A stretch of DNA of 64,000 nucleotides from the human T2T-CHM13v2.0 reference genome, Homo sapiens. Under the pieces are notes generated by a model that was not told the DNA's origin, made no database searches, and was given only the letters and a program-made list of their open reading frames with translations. The translations under genes were made by a program, and so were the position numbers. Of this stretch, positions 19,171-33,733 are shown one piece after another. The stretch lies in NCBI RefSeq assembly GCF_009914755.1, contig NC_060939.1; one strand, given 5' to 3'. Within the stretch, counting starts at the first letter, position 1; each line of letters starts with the position of its first letter.

Positions 19171-19460
19171 CGCCCTGGTTTCACCTGACCCCCATGCTCG
19201 GCCTTCTGGAAGATGCCCACAGACACTGGCAATAATGGACGCTGGCACACTCTGCCGGCGCGGCCGGAGCCCCGGAGTTCAGCACCTCGGACAGAGCCCG
19301 AGCCCCGCCGCCCGAGGCGCACAGTGAGCGTGGAACAGCCCGGCTCCCTAGCCCCCGGCCAACGCTGCTCTCAGTTCAGGGCAGCTACGTAACACCGCCC
19401 CTAGCTCCGCGCCAGAAAGGGCTCTCGAATCGCAAAAGCAAACGTGTTCGATTTCTGATC
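19171..19460 (-). ncRNA. ANKRD34C-AS1: Putative first exon of antisense lncRNA (TSS approximate)
   Basis: + strand acttac|cgc = minus-strand GCG|GTAAGT consensus donor at 19171/19170 in the CpG island; gene name from recalled locus annotation. Confidence 0.6.
19278..19298 (+). promoter_or_regulatory. RE1/NRSE (REST binding site)
   Basis: TTCAGCACCTCGGACAGAGCC vs consensus TTCAGCACCACGGACAGCGCC: 19/21, canonical spacing. Confidence 0.9.
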
Positions 19461-22129
19461 TGCTTCTAACTGCTTCCCGTGACTGCAGAAGGAAGAGGCG
19501 GAGTGTAAAGATATCTCCCAAGCTTCCGCGAAAACTACAGGCAAACTGTGTGGCCTCCCCGGATTTCGGAAGGTGTACCCAAACTTCTTTAAAAATCTAG
19601 CATTTATTAAGCGCTTACCATGTGCCAAGGCCCCGTGCTAAGCCAGTGCACCACAAATTTGTGTCCTATGAGTATCCCCATTTTACAGATGAGAAAACTG
19701 AAGCAAGAGAGGCCGAGTAACTTGTCCAGGTTTATGGAACTAGCAAATGGTATGGCTGCGCTCTTAAACGCTGCCAGATTGCAGTGGTGGGAGGATGTGC
19801 TTGAGTGGAATTCCCTGCGTGAAATAGCTCTGAACTTGGGATCAGAGGAACAGAGTTTAAATCAAAGCTGTAGCACTTAAAAACGTGTGCCCTTAGACAA
19901 AATTACTAAATGTGTCTGAACTTCAGATTTTAACTATCTGTAAATACTTGATAATGCTTTCCTTGCAAAAGTGTCAGGGGAGGGTGGCCAAGGAGATCAT
20001 ATGTGTGGAAAGACTGGCAAACTGGGAATTGTGGTTGGGTGTTAGGGGCTGAAAGGAAGGAGCAGGTAATTAGAAGAGAAGGAGAATTGGTGGTGAACAC
20101 TTCCCTCAGCACACTCCAAAGGGACTGGGCACAGAGCGGGGCTCAGTGGGAGGAATTCTGGATGAGCTTAGTTCAGTGTGTAATAGCCTCTTAGATTTTT
20201 TAACAGGACTTTATAGAGAGTGTGGACATATTGCCTACCATTTGATCCTTATAACAATGTTGTTAAGTAGGCAGGACTGGGGTTATTCTACTTGTTTGGC
20301 AAAATGATGCTTGCCCAAAATTACTCAGGTACTTAGTAGCAGAGCTGGGATTAGAATCCAGATCTCCCGCCTCTCTAGCTTATAATCCTTCCACATGGAC
20401 TGGCACATCCTCAGGAGCTTGAATTATGGGGCAGTTAAGCACTAAAGTGTATTTAGACAAGTACTATAAATATGTGACATTAATGGTTTTTAAAACCATT
20501 TTGAAACAGCAGTTTCATATGGATTAATCTCATAAATGTTTATTGATTATATTCTATTTTGTTCCACAAAGAATTTAAAGCAATTTAGAAGGCTCCACAA
20601 GATGTCAGGTTTGCACGTATTCGAAGTAGTCGAGAAAACAGAGGTGAAACAAGATTAAGGCTATAGCCACAGATAAAATGAATACAAAGTATGTATATTA
20701 TAAAGTCCTAGAAACTTGCTCTGGTCTCTAAGTACTAGAAAGTGTATAACCAAGCACTTTCTTGGAGGTCTAGGAACTTTGAAAATGTTTGCAAAAGTCC
20801 GTAGACTCTTCTCTTTTGTATAATTCCATCCCTTGCCCTCTGTGAGATCTTCACTGTGCCAAACAAGGGATGTTTAACTGGAAATCCAATGTCAGTGTGA
20901 CTTGAAGAAGGGGAAATAAAGTGTATGACATTGTATCTGCACTCAGGTAATTAAGTGTTAGTTACATAATTTATAATGGTTCACATGAGCAAACCATACT
21001 TTAAAGTTTATATAAAGGTTTACATCCGTTAGCTTATTTAGGCCTTCTAACAACTCTGAAGAGATAAGCAGCTACAAAATGACAGGAAGGACAAAATCCT
21101 AGCATCGCGATTTTATATATTATGTATTTTACTTTCATACACAAACCCGCATCCCTATACAGGCCAGTTAAGTAACCTGAATGTGTGAATCGGGCCAATT
21201 GTAAGACTACGGAGAATGACAGGGCCTTTTCAAACTGAAGAGTGAATAATCCATCTTAAAACATTCAAAGAAAATTTAAAGCACAGTGCCAGCCAAGCAA
21301 GACATGACTGTGGGCTACATCGGCTGTCAGACCTTTAATATGTAATCTTGGTCTAAACTACTCAGGCCAAGGATCTGAGAAGGCATGGGAGTGAAAGACC
21401 CTGGATTCAGAGAGAGAAAAGTTTCAATTCCTGTATTTAAGTTTCCTGTTTCTAAACATGGAAGATTGAACAAGATGGCTCCTCTCAGCTTAAAAAATAT
21501 AAGACATCTTTACTTTTGGGGACAATAAAATAATCAAAGGACATCAGGACAATAATAGCAAACACTTGCATCTACTTATTGCCTCCATGAAAGAAGGCAT
21601 CATTTTAATTTTCTGACACTGGTGATATTTTAATCTTCAGTATTTCCTCTCCAGCCCCTGTGCCATTGGAAGATATAGTGGCCACCATTATAGTGGAAAT
21701 GAGTCCAACAGAAAACAGACCAGAGAGGTGAAAGTGATGGTGGGGGTGGAGTGGGGGTGGGGGGTTGGCGGGTAGAGACAGGGAGTACAGCAAGGGAGGA
21801 ACCAGGCAAACTTTGCTCTCTTCTCAGTTTACTCTTCTTATGAAACACATGAAAAAAACCCACTTTATGGTTGCTAATTTTTAAAGACAAAAATATTCTG
21901 GCCAGAGCAGCCAAAGTGGATGGGATCTCAACATTCTAGGAATGCTTCAGCTTTTTTCAATCCAGATTGTTTCTTTTCTCTCCAACGAGCTTAGAGATCT
22001 TGTAAATCATTTAATATTTCCAGTATTAGGTGTTCTTAATATTTATTCACTGTGATGCACAATAGGAGATAAATTTTCAAATGAAGGTAAATTAGATTTT
22101 GGTTGACACTTTCATCAAATGGACCACTA

Positions 22130-23122
22130 TTCAGTTCTAACTTTCAAACATCTCTCCAGCTTGAGTCTTTCTCTATCTCCCTGCTGTGCTGTTTCTGATC
22201 CTCTTCATCTCTCAGGGGCTCCGAGATGACCCCCAAGCCTCCCAATCCATCTCCCACACTGTGGCCAATGATCATGTCACTCTCTTCCTTAAAATTCTTT
22301 ACTGGTTCCCTATGTCCACACAGCAAACATCAAACTTCAGGACAAGGCTACAAGGAACTTTGAATCTGATCTCTGTAGACCTCCCCTTATTTGCTTGCTC
22401 CGTCAGTGCACTTCCCACCACCACCATGCACTAACCATCAAGTTCTTGAAATGTCCATGTTCTGCTACCTTTTGCCTTTGAACTTGTACTTACTCCTAAG
22501 TGTAATGACTTCCTCCTTTTGGTTCAACAACTTTCCACTCATGTTTTTCAAGTACTAGCTCAATTTTATTCTCTTTGTGAGCCCTTTCCTAATCTGCACC
22601 CCGAGTCCCTCCTGGCACTCATGTCTCCTTGTTTTATATTTGTCTTCCATTCTGGGACTTATTAATTACTTTGCACTACAGTTATGTCATGTAGAGGCTA
22701 AGAATGTGGACTTTGGGGTCAGACTGCCTGGATCTGAATTCCAGCTCCACAGCATATTGCCTGGGTGATTTGAGGTAAGTGACTTTACCTTCCTGAGACT
22801 CAGTTTCATTTTTGATAAAATGGGGATAATAATAGTACCCACCTCATAGTATTACTATAAAGATTAAATGACACAATGCATATAAAGTGTTCAGCACATT
22901 GCTTGGCACATGGCAAGCATACCATAAATGTTTATTACTATCATTAAAATATACATCCACCTTCTTTCTAAATTGTAAATACTTAGCAGCCATTCCTGAA
23001 TTTTATACATCTCTTTATCCTTAACACCTAGCCTGGAGTAGATAATCAATATATGTTTGATCATGAATGAATGAGCAAGTAGATAGTTAATATATGTTTG
23101 ATCATGAATGAATGAGCAAGTA
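22130..23122. mobile_element. L2 fragment interrupted by a MIR (~22690-22945)
   Basis: L2 motifs (ctcccaatccatctccca, tgatcatgtcactc, tgaatgaatga tail) and MIR core (ctcagtttc...aaaatggggataataatagtacc). Confidence 0.7.
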
Positions 23123-24335
23123 ATGCCAGTGTTTAGTCAAGGTTTACTTGCTTATAAGTAACAGAAGTTAATTCAAGCCACCATAAACAAAAACATGCTG
23201 ACTTATTGGAAGGCTTCTAAGTCGTTCATGGACTCCAAAGTCAGTTGAAACTTCAGAGGAAGGAGGAAAAGTACTCTCTCCCTGCCTCTCATCTCAGCTT
23301 CTCAGTGTGTTTACTTCATTCTTCTTCCTCTGCACGTCACCTTTTCTGCTTCTGTGCACTTATGGCTAATCCATGAACGCAGCTCTTACATCCAGAGTTC
23401 TCTACAAACAGCCCAGCATAACTGGTGTTTCTCAGCCTCAATTTCAAAATCCACCCAAGGTTGAGTCAGCCCTGCACATGGGGCCGGTCAAATAATATAA
23501 ACCATCAGCCTCACTCTGTGTGCAGGGGAAGGCAGGAATAATATCAGAAAGAAAGACTCACTGTAGCTTGTGAGAGTCAGAGTCACTCATTGATCCCTAA
23601 ATGACCATGGGCAAGCCACTTCTTCACTTTTGGCTTCAGTTCCCTCATCTGTGAAATGGTAGAAAAACCTTCCTGAAAGGGCATTTCATGGTTCATGGGA
23701 GGCAGTTATCATCAGTCTGGAGCAAAAACATACATATTAACAGTTTGTTGGGCTATAATCCCTGGGGAGTAGGAATGAAGGAAAATGAAAAGTGACGCAA
23801 GGGAGGAGGAAGAGCAAATATAGGGGATACGTTATTGAGCTAGCCACAGCTTCATGGCAAATGCACTGATTATTCTGTCATATGGAAATTGTATAATCTA
23901 TTGCATCTTGGAACAGGAAATTGGGTGAGGAGAGGGAGAAGCATTTATGTAATATCTCTTTCCCATCCTCTATTTTCTATTGGTCAACATCTGTTCTACA
24001 AAGGGTTAACTCCCTCATACTTCTTGGTTGAGTAACCTGGAGAAAGTCAGGCCAGGGTCAGTTTCTTCTAGTCAGCAGAAACCAGGTGTGGGGGTTCACC
24101 ATTTGTAGCAGACAACAGCAGTAGTGACCTGACACTAAGTCTGTGGGAAAGGTTTGAACTTTGTTAAGACCACTCAGGCAAGAAAGCAAGGTGAGTGTGT
24201 AACACCCAGAGACAGGGAAAGTAGGCATGGTGGCTATGCATATCTGGGATGGTGCATGAATTTAGTCTGTGGTAATTTGTAAGGCTATTGTCAACTGCGA
24301 CCATGTAAACAGCAGTCTTTTAAGCCCAGTATTCT

Positions 24336-24641
<306 letters not shown>

Positions 24642-25537
24642 AAGCCCCGTATTCTTAAAATGAAAAGTGTACGATTATTGCAGCATGCTAACAGTTAATG
24701 TTAGCCTGGCACATTTTATCTGGGCTACAAGAGTGAGGTAAGCACCTGATTCTGTCCTCAGACAAAACTGTTGCATTTCATCACTTAAGGAACTTCAGAT
24801 GGGAGGCCCACAGTAAAAAAATGGCTATAGACAACTTGCAAAAGAACTGACCACACAGAATGTTATGCCTATTGGTGGGCTAGATATAAATATTCCAGAC
24901 CACAGAAAAGAACCTGTATGCCTTATCTGCAACCTGCTGCCTCCTTAGGTGCTGAAGGGGAAGAGTTAAAATGGGGACAAGACCTGAGCATAGGGGAGGA
25001 GGAGGCCGCTGATTCCAACTGAAAGGAGAGAAGGATTCTCCTACATACGCCATCTTTCCTCCATTTCTTTCTTCTTTGCCTCCTTTCCTGCCTCTCTTCC
25101 TCCCTCTCTTGACTTTGAGCTAGACTAGAGGTACGTGATTTGCACTGCACACAACATAAAAGGTAACCCGATTATCCATCCACCCTCCTTCCCACCTTCT
25201 TTTCCTTCTCCTTTTTCTCTTTCCTCCATCTTTTCCTTTATCCTACTTTCTAATTATCACACAGCTGAGAAGGGAGCAAAGACAGTATTTCTAGCTTGAG
25301 GGGTGCAGGGCTCTGTGGAGGGGTCTGACCCAGGTGATTAACGAGACTGATACTCAAAGAAAGTTGCAAAGTATTAAGTAACACAGGGGATGTGGCATCT
25401 AGTTTTGTATATGTATGTGTGTGTTTTTGTATGTGTGTGTGTGCATGCACGTGTGCAAAAGAAAAAGATAGAGAATATACAAATATGATGTATGGTATTC
25501 CAGAGTATGAAGATACTGCATTTTCTTTATCTATTTC

Positions 25538-25848
25538 CTTCTTCTTCTTCTTTTTCTTTTTTAAGAGACGGAGTCTCACTCTCTCACCCAGGCTGGAGTG
25601 CAGTGGTGTGATCATAGCTCACTGCAGCCTTGAACTCCTGGGCTCAAGTGATCCACCTGCCTCAGCCTCCTCAGAAGCTAGGCCTATATGTGCAAGCCAT
25701 GACACCCAGCTTTTTTTTTTTTTTTTTTTTTTGGTAGAGGCAGAGTCTCACTATTTTGCCTTGGCTGGTCTCAAACTCCTGGTCTCAAGTGATCCTCCTT
25801 GGCTTCCCAAATTGCTGGGATTGCAGTTGTGAGCCATCACGCCCAGCC
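25538..25848 (-). mobile_element. AluJ element in ANKRD34C intron 1
   Basis: gatcatagctcactgcagccttgaactcctgggctcaag (J-type), long T linker. Confidence 0.9.
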
Positions 25849-27078
25849 TATTTTCTTCTTGATGGGTTGTTTCCAGTTTTTGTCTTTAATGAATAGTGCT
25901 GCCGATGTCTTTTGGTACACATATTAGTTTATTCTCTAATATTGCTACACTTGGCCCAGGCCCTGGGTGTTTCTTCCACTAGTCTCACCTGGGTTCTCTA
26001 ATGCAATTGCAATCCTCTAGGGGCTGGCTGGGGCTGGCTGGGGCTGGCTGGGCTGAGATTGTCTCACTCACATTGTTGCAGTTAGTTGGGGCTACCAGCT
26101 AAAACTTCATGTGCCCTTCCTGGTGGGTATTCCAGACTTCTTTACACAGCAGCTGGGTTCTAAGACAGCAAACTTGGAAGCTGCAAGAACTACTTAGGCT
26201 TTGCCTTGGAAGTCACACAGTTACATTTTATGGCTGAAAGCGAGACACAAGGCTGACTCCTAGTGTACATACGAGGACGGGAGGACCTCAAGGCCATCAT
26301 TTGCAAACTACCACAGGTATAAACCTAGGCATGGAATTACTGTGTCAGAGTGTGGGCTTTGGTTCAGTCTAGTTCAATTTATTTATACTACCAACAGGTT
26401 CCTGTTGCTTCCTGTCTGCACGCCTCTTGGTATTGTCAGTCTGTCTAATTTTAGCCATGCTAAAATGGTATTTTGTTTTGCTTTAATTTGATTTTCCTTG
26501 AGTACTAATAAGGCTGGGTATCTTTTTATGTGCTTATTGGTCATTTGTGTATCCTCTTTTGGAGGAAGTGATTTGTAGGAGTTCTTTATATAGTCTGATG
26601 ATGAGTCACTGTAATTTCACTCAACCCTCCCTCTTTGATCTTGAGTGATTTTCCTCTTGAGTACAAAGGAAGTAACATTTGAACTGAAGTTTGGGGGATG
26701 ATGAATAATTAAAGAAGAGCAAGGACGCCTTATAGTTAGAAACATGAACAGTGCCAAGAGGAAAAACACATGAAGAATCGTGCATTTGAGAAATGAGATT
26801 TGAAGATAGAATGTGAAGAAGACTGGAGTGGCAGGGAATGATTCTAGAGAGGTAGGCTGAGGCCAGGAGAAGAAGGACCCCTTCGATGAAATGGAAAGAA
26901 GCATGTTTTCTCCAGACATTCCACTCATTCATCTAGTCTTTGGAAATTCTGCTTCAAATCTCCAGAGTTCAGAGACTGAAAAGCTTATTGATGCATAGGG
27001 CTTTAACACAACAATGCTGTGTAGGACCACAGAGGAATAAAAATAATTAAAATTGACAGAAAGAGAGGAGAGAAAGAC

Positions 27079-27082
<4 letters not shown>

Positions 27083-27146
<64 letters not shown>
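27083..27146. repeat. Compound (CA)n(GA)n microsatellite
   Basis: Direct inspection. Confidence 0.97.
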
Positions 27147-28786
27147 TCAGTAGGAGAATTAAGGAGAAAAGAGGAAGGGGATGGAGAGACAGAAACGGAG
27201 ACTTGTTGTCAATGTATTTAATAAACACACAGTGCCCTTGAATGGTGGTAGTTTTCCTGGAAATCTAGCAGAACACATAAACACAACAACATCAGACTCA
27301 TGTAGTTATCAGAACAATGCATTTGAGGAAGCAGAAAGATACACACTAGACTCTTAACCATGGTTACTTCTGAAGAGGACAGTGTTTTCAAGGAGGAGTG
27401 GGGGATGAATAAAGGAGACCTCTTCCTCTTTATATACTTACATGTAGTTTGGTTTTTGTTTTAAATAACAAGTATCTATTCATGTATTAGTTTTTTCAAA
27501 GGGATATATATAGCCATTTCTCAATTTCAACCAAGAAAAGCTTTTGCCTTCCAACTAAATAGAGTAATATAAATAAATAAATAACTGCTCAGGCAAATAG
27601 CGTAAGAGAAAGAATGATGTGAATCAGATGAGGAGGAAACTCAGGCATTGTGGCAGGTAGGCCACATGAGCCATCTGCTCATTAGGAACCTGGAGGCACA
27701 AAAAGCCTGTGTGAAGGTGCTGTGCTGGCAGAGACATGGCCAATGTGGTACCCGTGGGCTGGCAGGGCATCAAGACTGGGACACCCATCTCTTCTTATTT
27801 GTGAAGGGCCTCTCAAGCAACACATACGTTGAAGATTTTGAGTCCGGGAATTAGGGAACTTACAAAAGAATCAAAACAGAAAACTCAGGTTTGACAAATC
27901 TCAGCTGAGAAAGCTTTGGTCTGAGCTTTATTTCCTAACATTTGTGAACAAAAATGCAATCCTCTTCTCCATTCTCTGCCTCCTATCAGTTCAACCAGAG
28001 GGAAGGGAATAGCATGGCTTTATTCTGAATACGGAGAATATGAATTCTGACATCTGCTGGAAAAGTGAAGACTACAACCTGGAAAGGGATAACTAGATTG
28101 ATTTGGTTTTACAGTTGTTTTCACTGTCCCTCCCTCATCAACCCCCATTACAATAATCATACATATTTATTTTGGGAAAACTGCAAAAAGAAGAATACGG
28201 AACCACTCATAATCCCACTGCCCAGAATAAGGATTGACATTTTGGTGTGTTTCCTAATAGTCTTTTTGATGTGCACCAACAACAACACATTAAACAATTA
28301 TTTATGAGGCCACCTATTCACTACATGTGAATCATTGCCAAATGCTGAAGATACAGCAGTGAAGAAAATAATCGCAAACCTTTTTCTAAGGAATGTAGAG
28401 TTCTACATTTGTGATAAGTGCTGCGCAGTCAACACAATAACATCTTGCATTTAAACAAATATTTACTCTATGTTAGGCTTTATGTTAACTGCTTTTCATG
28501 TGGATGTTTTATACACACTCTCTTATGCAGTCTTTACAATGACCCTATGAGGTAGGTTACTACTATCACCCCCCCTGCGTCATGACACACTATTACAGAT
28601 GCAGAAACTAACTCAGCAATGTTAGATAAGTTGGCCAAGTCAATGTAAGTTGGGATCAGGTTGGGATATGACTGTACCCAGACCCCGTAATAACCATGCT
28701 GCACAGATCTGTTATAAAACATATAACATTTGTTCCCTCTTCTTCCTTTGCTAGGTTTGATTGCTACTGTGGCTCAGGTCCTCTAA

Positions 28787-30406
<1,620 letters not shown>

Positions 30407-31669
30407 AAGCTTTAGAAAGGCTTAAAATAGTCAATATAGTTTATGGAAGGGACTATGGATGAGACTGCTTCCTGATCATTCCTTAATGTTGAACTGTGGC
30501 CACTTCAGAAGATATAAAAGCAGGATGCTGCTTCACTTCTGAGAATAATCCCTGGGTTTTTATAGGCCTACTTGAAAAGAGCTCAGGATAATTGGGTTTT
30601 GAAGATAAATTTTTAAAAATTCTGCAAAGGAAGAAAGCCTTTGGAATTTGAAGGTAACACAGCAAGTACAATGATGTAAGCTGGGGACATCAGTAGTTTT
30701 CTATCAGACAAACAGAAAAGAATTTAAATCAGGAGGTAGTATTTGGAGTATGTCATTTGTAATAAATCTATAAAGTGCCTACATAGAAAACGAGGCTTTA
30801 ACATTTGTTAGAATGTACAAAAGCCCCAAACCAAACCCTCAGTGACTAAATCTGGGTGTCTGGGTTCTATCTGATGGAGTAGAAGCAGAATTCCCCCCAT
30901 GGAAGAGGCTCTGGCCTGTGGGTCCTGGCTCTGACTCTGTCAGGGCACTGTAAATCATGGTGTGGTTGAACTCGTTCAGTAATCCAGTAATATATTTTGT
31001 TCACATACTAATTTGTATGTGCTCTGAGTACCCAAATATCCCATCTATGTGGCCCCTGAATTATGATATGTCATAGTAGCTGATGCCTTAGAGATAAATC
31101 TTGCTCCAGAAATGAAACTTTCCCCAGACCCGTCCCCTGACACAGGCTCTTGTATTGAAATCTTGTGAAAAACAGTCAAGGTTAACTAACTTGGAGTTGA
31201 ATGTGATACAATTATAGATTAAAAATATCAGAAGCATTTCCAGATTATTCTTAAAAGTTGATGAGATCTTCCCAAACCAGAATGACAACTGAGGATGAGA
31301 TGTGCATAGATTAAATGGTAAAGTGGGTGGTTCTCAGGTGAGAAGCAGTGAGGACCATTCATTTTGCAGCCTAAAAATTTTAGGGGATGCAAACTGTCAT
31401 TTCCCCTTCAGTTATGTAAATAATTGAAGAAAAATCTGGTTTCTTCTCTTCCTGATCTATCTAGGTGAGAAGAGATTTGTAGAAATAACCTGCACAACCC
31501 TTTTAGGCTGCTTTGAGCAAATCCAAGAAGGAAAGCAGAGACTTAGCACATTTGGTATAATGTAGCCACATCTTAGATGAATATATTTTTGGTTATTTCC
31601 ATTTATGTTTCCTCTCGTGCTGCTGAGATCTATTTGCTCTATGGTTAAAAAGTTCAATAGTTCCTGAGG

Positions 31670-31895
31670 ACAGCATCATATAGAGGAAAGAGGGCTTTGA
31701 GTCTGACATATTTGGGTTTGCATACCAGTCTTATCATTTACCAGCTGCGTGACCTTGAGGAGGCAGCTTAACTTCTCTTAGTCTCTGTTCCCTCATCTGT
31801 AAAATAGGATTAGTAGTGCTGCACCTTACAAGGTTGTGATGAGAATTAAATGACACAATGTATGAAAGTGCTGCCATTGTGCCTGGCACAGGTAG
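31670..31895 (+). mobile_element. MIR in ANKRD34C 3'UTR
   Basis: MIR core tgaccttgagg...cctcatctgtaaaatagg...gagaattaaatga. Confidence 0.8.
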
Positions 31896-32192
31896 AAGTC
31901 ACTGGATAAGAAGTAGCTAATTTTAATGTATTTCTTGAGACTGCTGAAGCAATATCTCAAATAATACATACGCTACACAAAATGGAATAAAGTTTCTCTG
32001 GAAAAGTTCAAGTATCTCTATGAGATCCCCAGTTATTTTTATAAGTACCGATCTCTAAACTCATGTGTAAAGTAAAAAATTCTGCCATATAAACTCTACA
32101 TATTATATAATTTTTCTATAACTACCTTTGCTAGAAATTTATCTGAATATTCCAAACAAAAGTGTTAATGATGGTTAAACAAAAAAACTCGG

Positions 32193-32362
32193 TGTTGTTT
32201 GGAGGGCTGTCTGTCCTGTGTGTTGTAGGATGTTTAGCAGCATCTCTGGCCTCCACTCACTAGATGGCAGTAACACCCTCTCCCCAGTTGTGACAACCAA
32301 AAATGTCTCTAGACGTGGCCAGATGTCTCCTGGGTGCATCACCTTCGTTGATCTCTACTGCT
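32193..32362. mobile_element. MER20 hAT-Charlie element, one end missing
   Basis: tgtaggatgtttagcagcatctctggcctc...ctagatggcagta...gttgtgacaaccaaaaatgtctc matches remembered MER20. Confidence 0.8.
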
Positions 32363-33727
32363 AGACCTATCGTATATGTCAAGAACAACAAAGCTGTATG
32401 GAAATGTGAGTGCTGACTGGACAGCTATGCCCTCCTGTTAACTTAAGACAATTCAAATTGTGCTTTAGTAAGAGGACTAATCAATACTAGTGTTGGGCCT
32501 TCAGGATTCTTGGCAAACACACTCCAACATGTGTGCTAATGGTCTCATACTTTGTAGGAAGGGAAGAAAATAAGGAAAGCACATAAACTAGCAAAAATCT
32601 ATAGCTCATGAACTTGGTTTAGTGTGGACAACCCTGTTCTTTTCAGAACTATTTAATCATTAATAGTTCTTACCAAGTAGAAGTGATCCCAGGCAAAGAA
32701 ACAACTTTCCAATGCATTCAAGAGAGAATCATACGGACAACCATCATTCTCAGCAGCTCATTAAATGCAAATACACACACGCAAAGAGAGAGAGAGAACA
32801 CATTTTACATAGTTTTCCAGCTGTTGTTAGTGTCACTTAAAACTGATCTCTGCTGGTAGTATTCAGTTGTGAGTATAGCAAGACACTGCATAGGAGCATT
32901 TTTTTTCTAAACCTTTAGCTAAGATTTGGAAACCCAATATTTCCTAAGTAGTGAATGTGGTCTATTTATAGTAATTAGCTTAGGTGACACACCAAACATG
33001 ATGAGTTGCTCATTCAGGATAGCCGGTCCATTGCACAAATGTGTAATATCAGGTACTCTCATGCCACTCATTGCCTGCATCAGTCAGTCATGACCTTTGC
33101 ATCAGCCTTTCAATAGACAGTCATCAGGCTAGTATCTTATCTCATCACTACTTGACGATGAGTTCGCCGAATTAGACTGTTCTATACCAGTACAACAACC
33201 AAAATACTTTCTCATAGATTATGCATAAATACGCAATTTTGTCCATGTCAATGAACCTAACAAGAATGCTTTTTAAAAGTATATTTTAGATTCAAACATG
33301 CTTTCTAGATCAGAGGTTAACTTGTCTTTTTGAAATCCTGGAGTCACTTATAAGTTAGCTGCAAACTGTAGTTTCGGTAATTCAACTGCTTAAGCATTTC
33401 TGGACTGTTTATCAAAATATATTACAGAATGTGAGACTAAAGTTTAAAGTCTGGACCTTTGGTTTAATTTCTAGACTTTCCAAAGCTTTTTTTTTTCTTT
33501 TTAAAAAGCCCATTGTCAACTCTCTTAGAACTTCATCAAGTAAATGGTACCTTGCAAATGTAGGTTGTGTCTGACCTTCTTTCTTTTTGTGTGTTGGTGC
33601 CTCAGATGTATCATGTGCTGCTTGAACTGATTCTCTACAGTGTTCCTTCCTAGTCTCAAGCTGATGATGTGCTCAAAGATGTATCAAAATCCATGTAATG
33701 ACACCTTTTAGATGTTTCTAATATGTC

Positions 33728-33733
33728 AATAAA
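33728..33733 (+). terminator. Likely distal poly(A) signal of ANKRD34C
   Basis: AATAAA with upstream TGTA elements and T-rich downstream sequence; other AATAAA at 30761 and 31986. Confidence 0.65.

Larger units (their letters stand above)
17730..19570. promoter_or_regulatory. CpG island / shared promoter region of ANKRD34C and its antisense transcript
   Basis: High GC and CpG density relative to flanks; contains opposite-strand 5' splice donors. Confidence 0.85.

Noticed and set aside
26020-26056. (GGGCTGGCTG)n resembling Ig switch pentamers
   Set aside because: About three units inside an old MLT1 fragment; simple slippage.
31130-31135. CCGTCC miR-184 seed match in ANKRD34C 3'UTR
   Set aside because: Only a 6-mer without m8 or A1 support; too weak to claim a local feedback loop.
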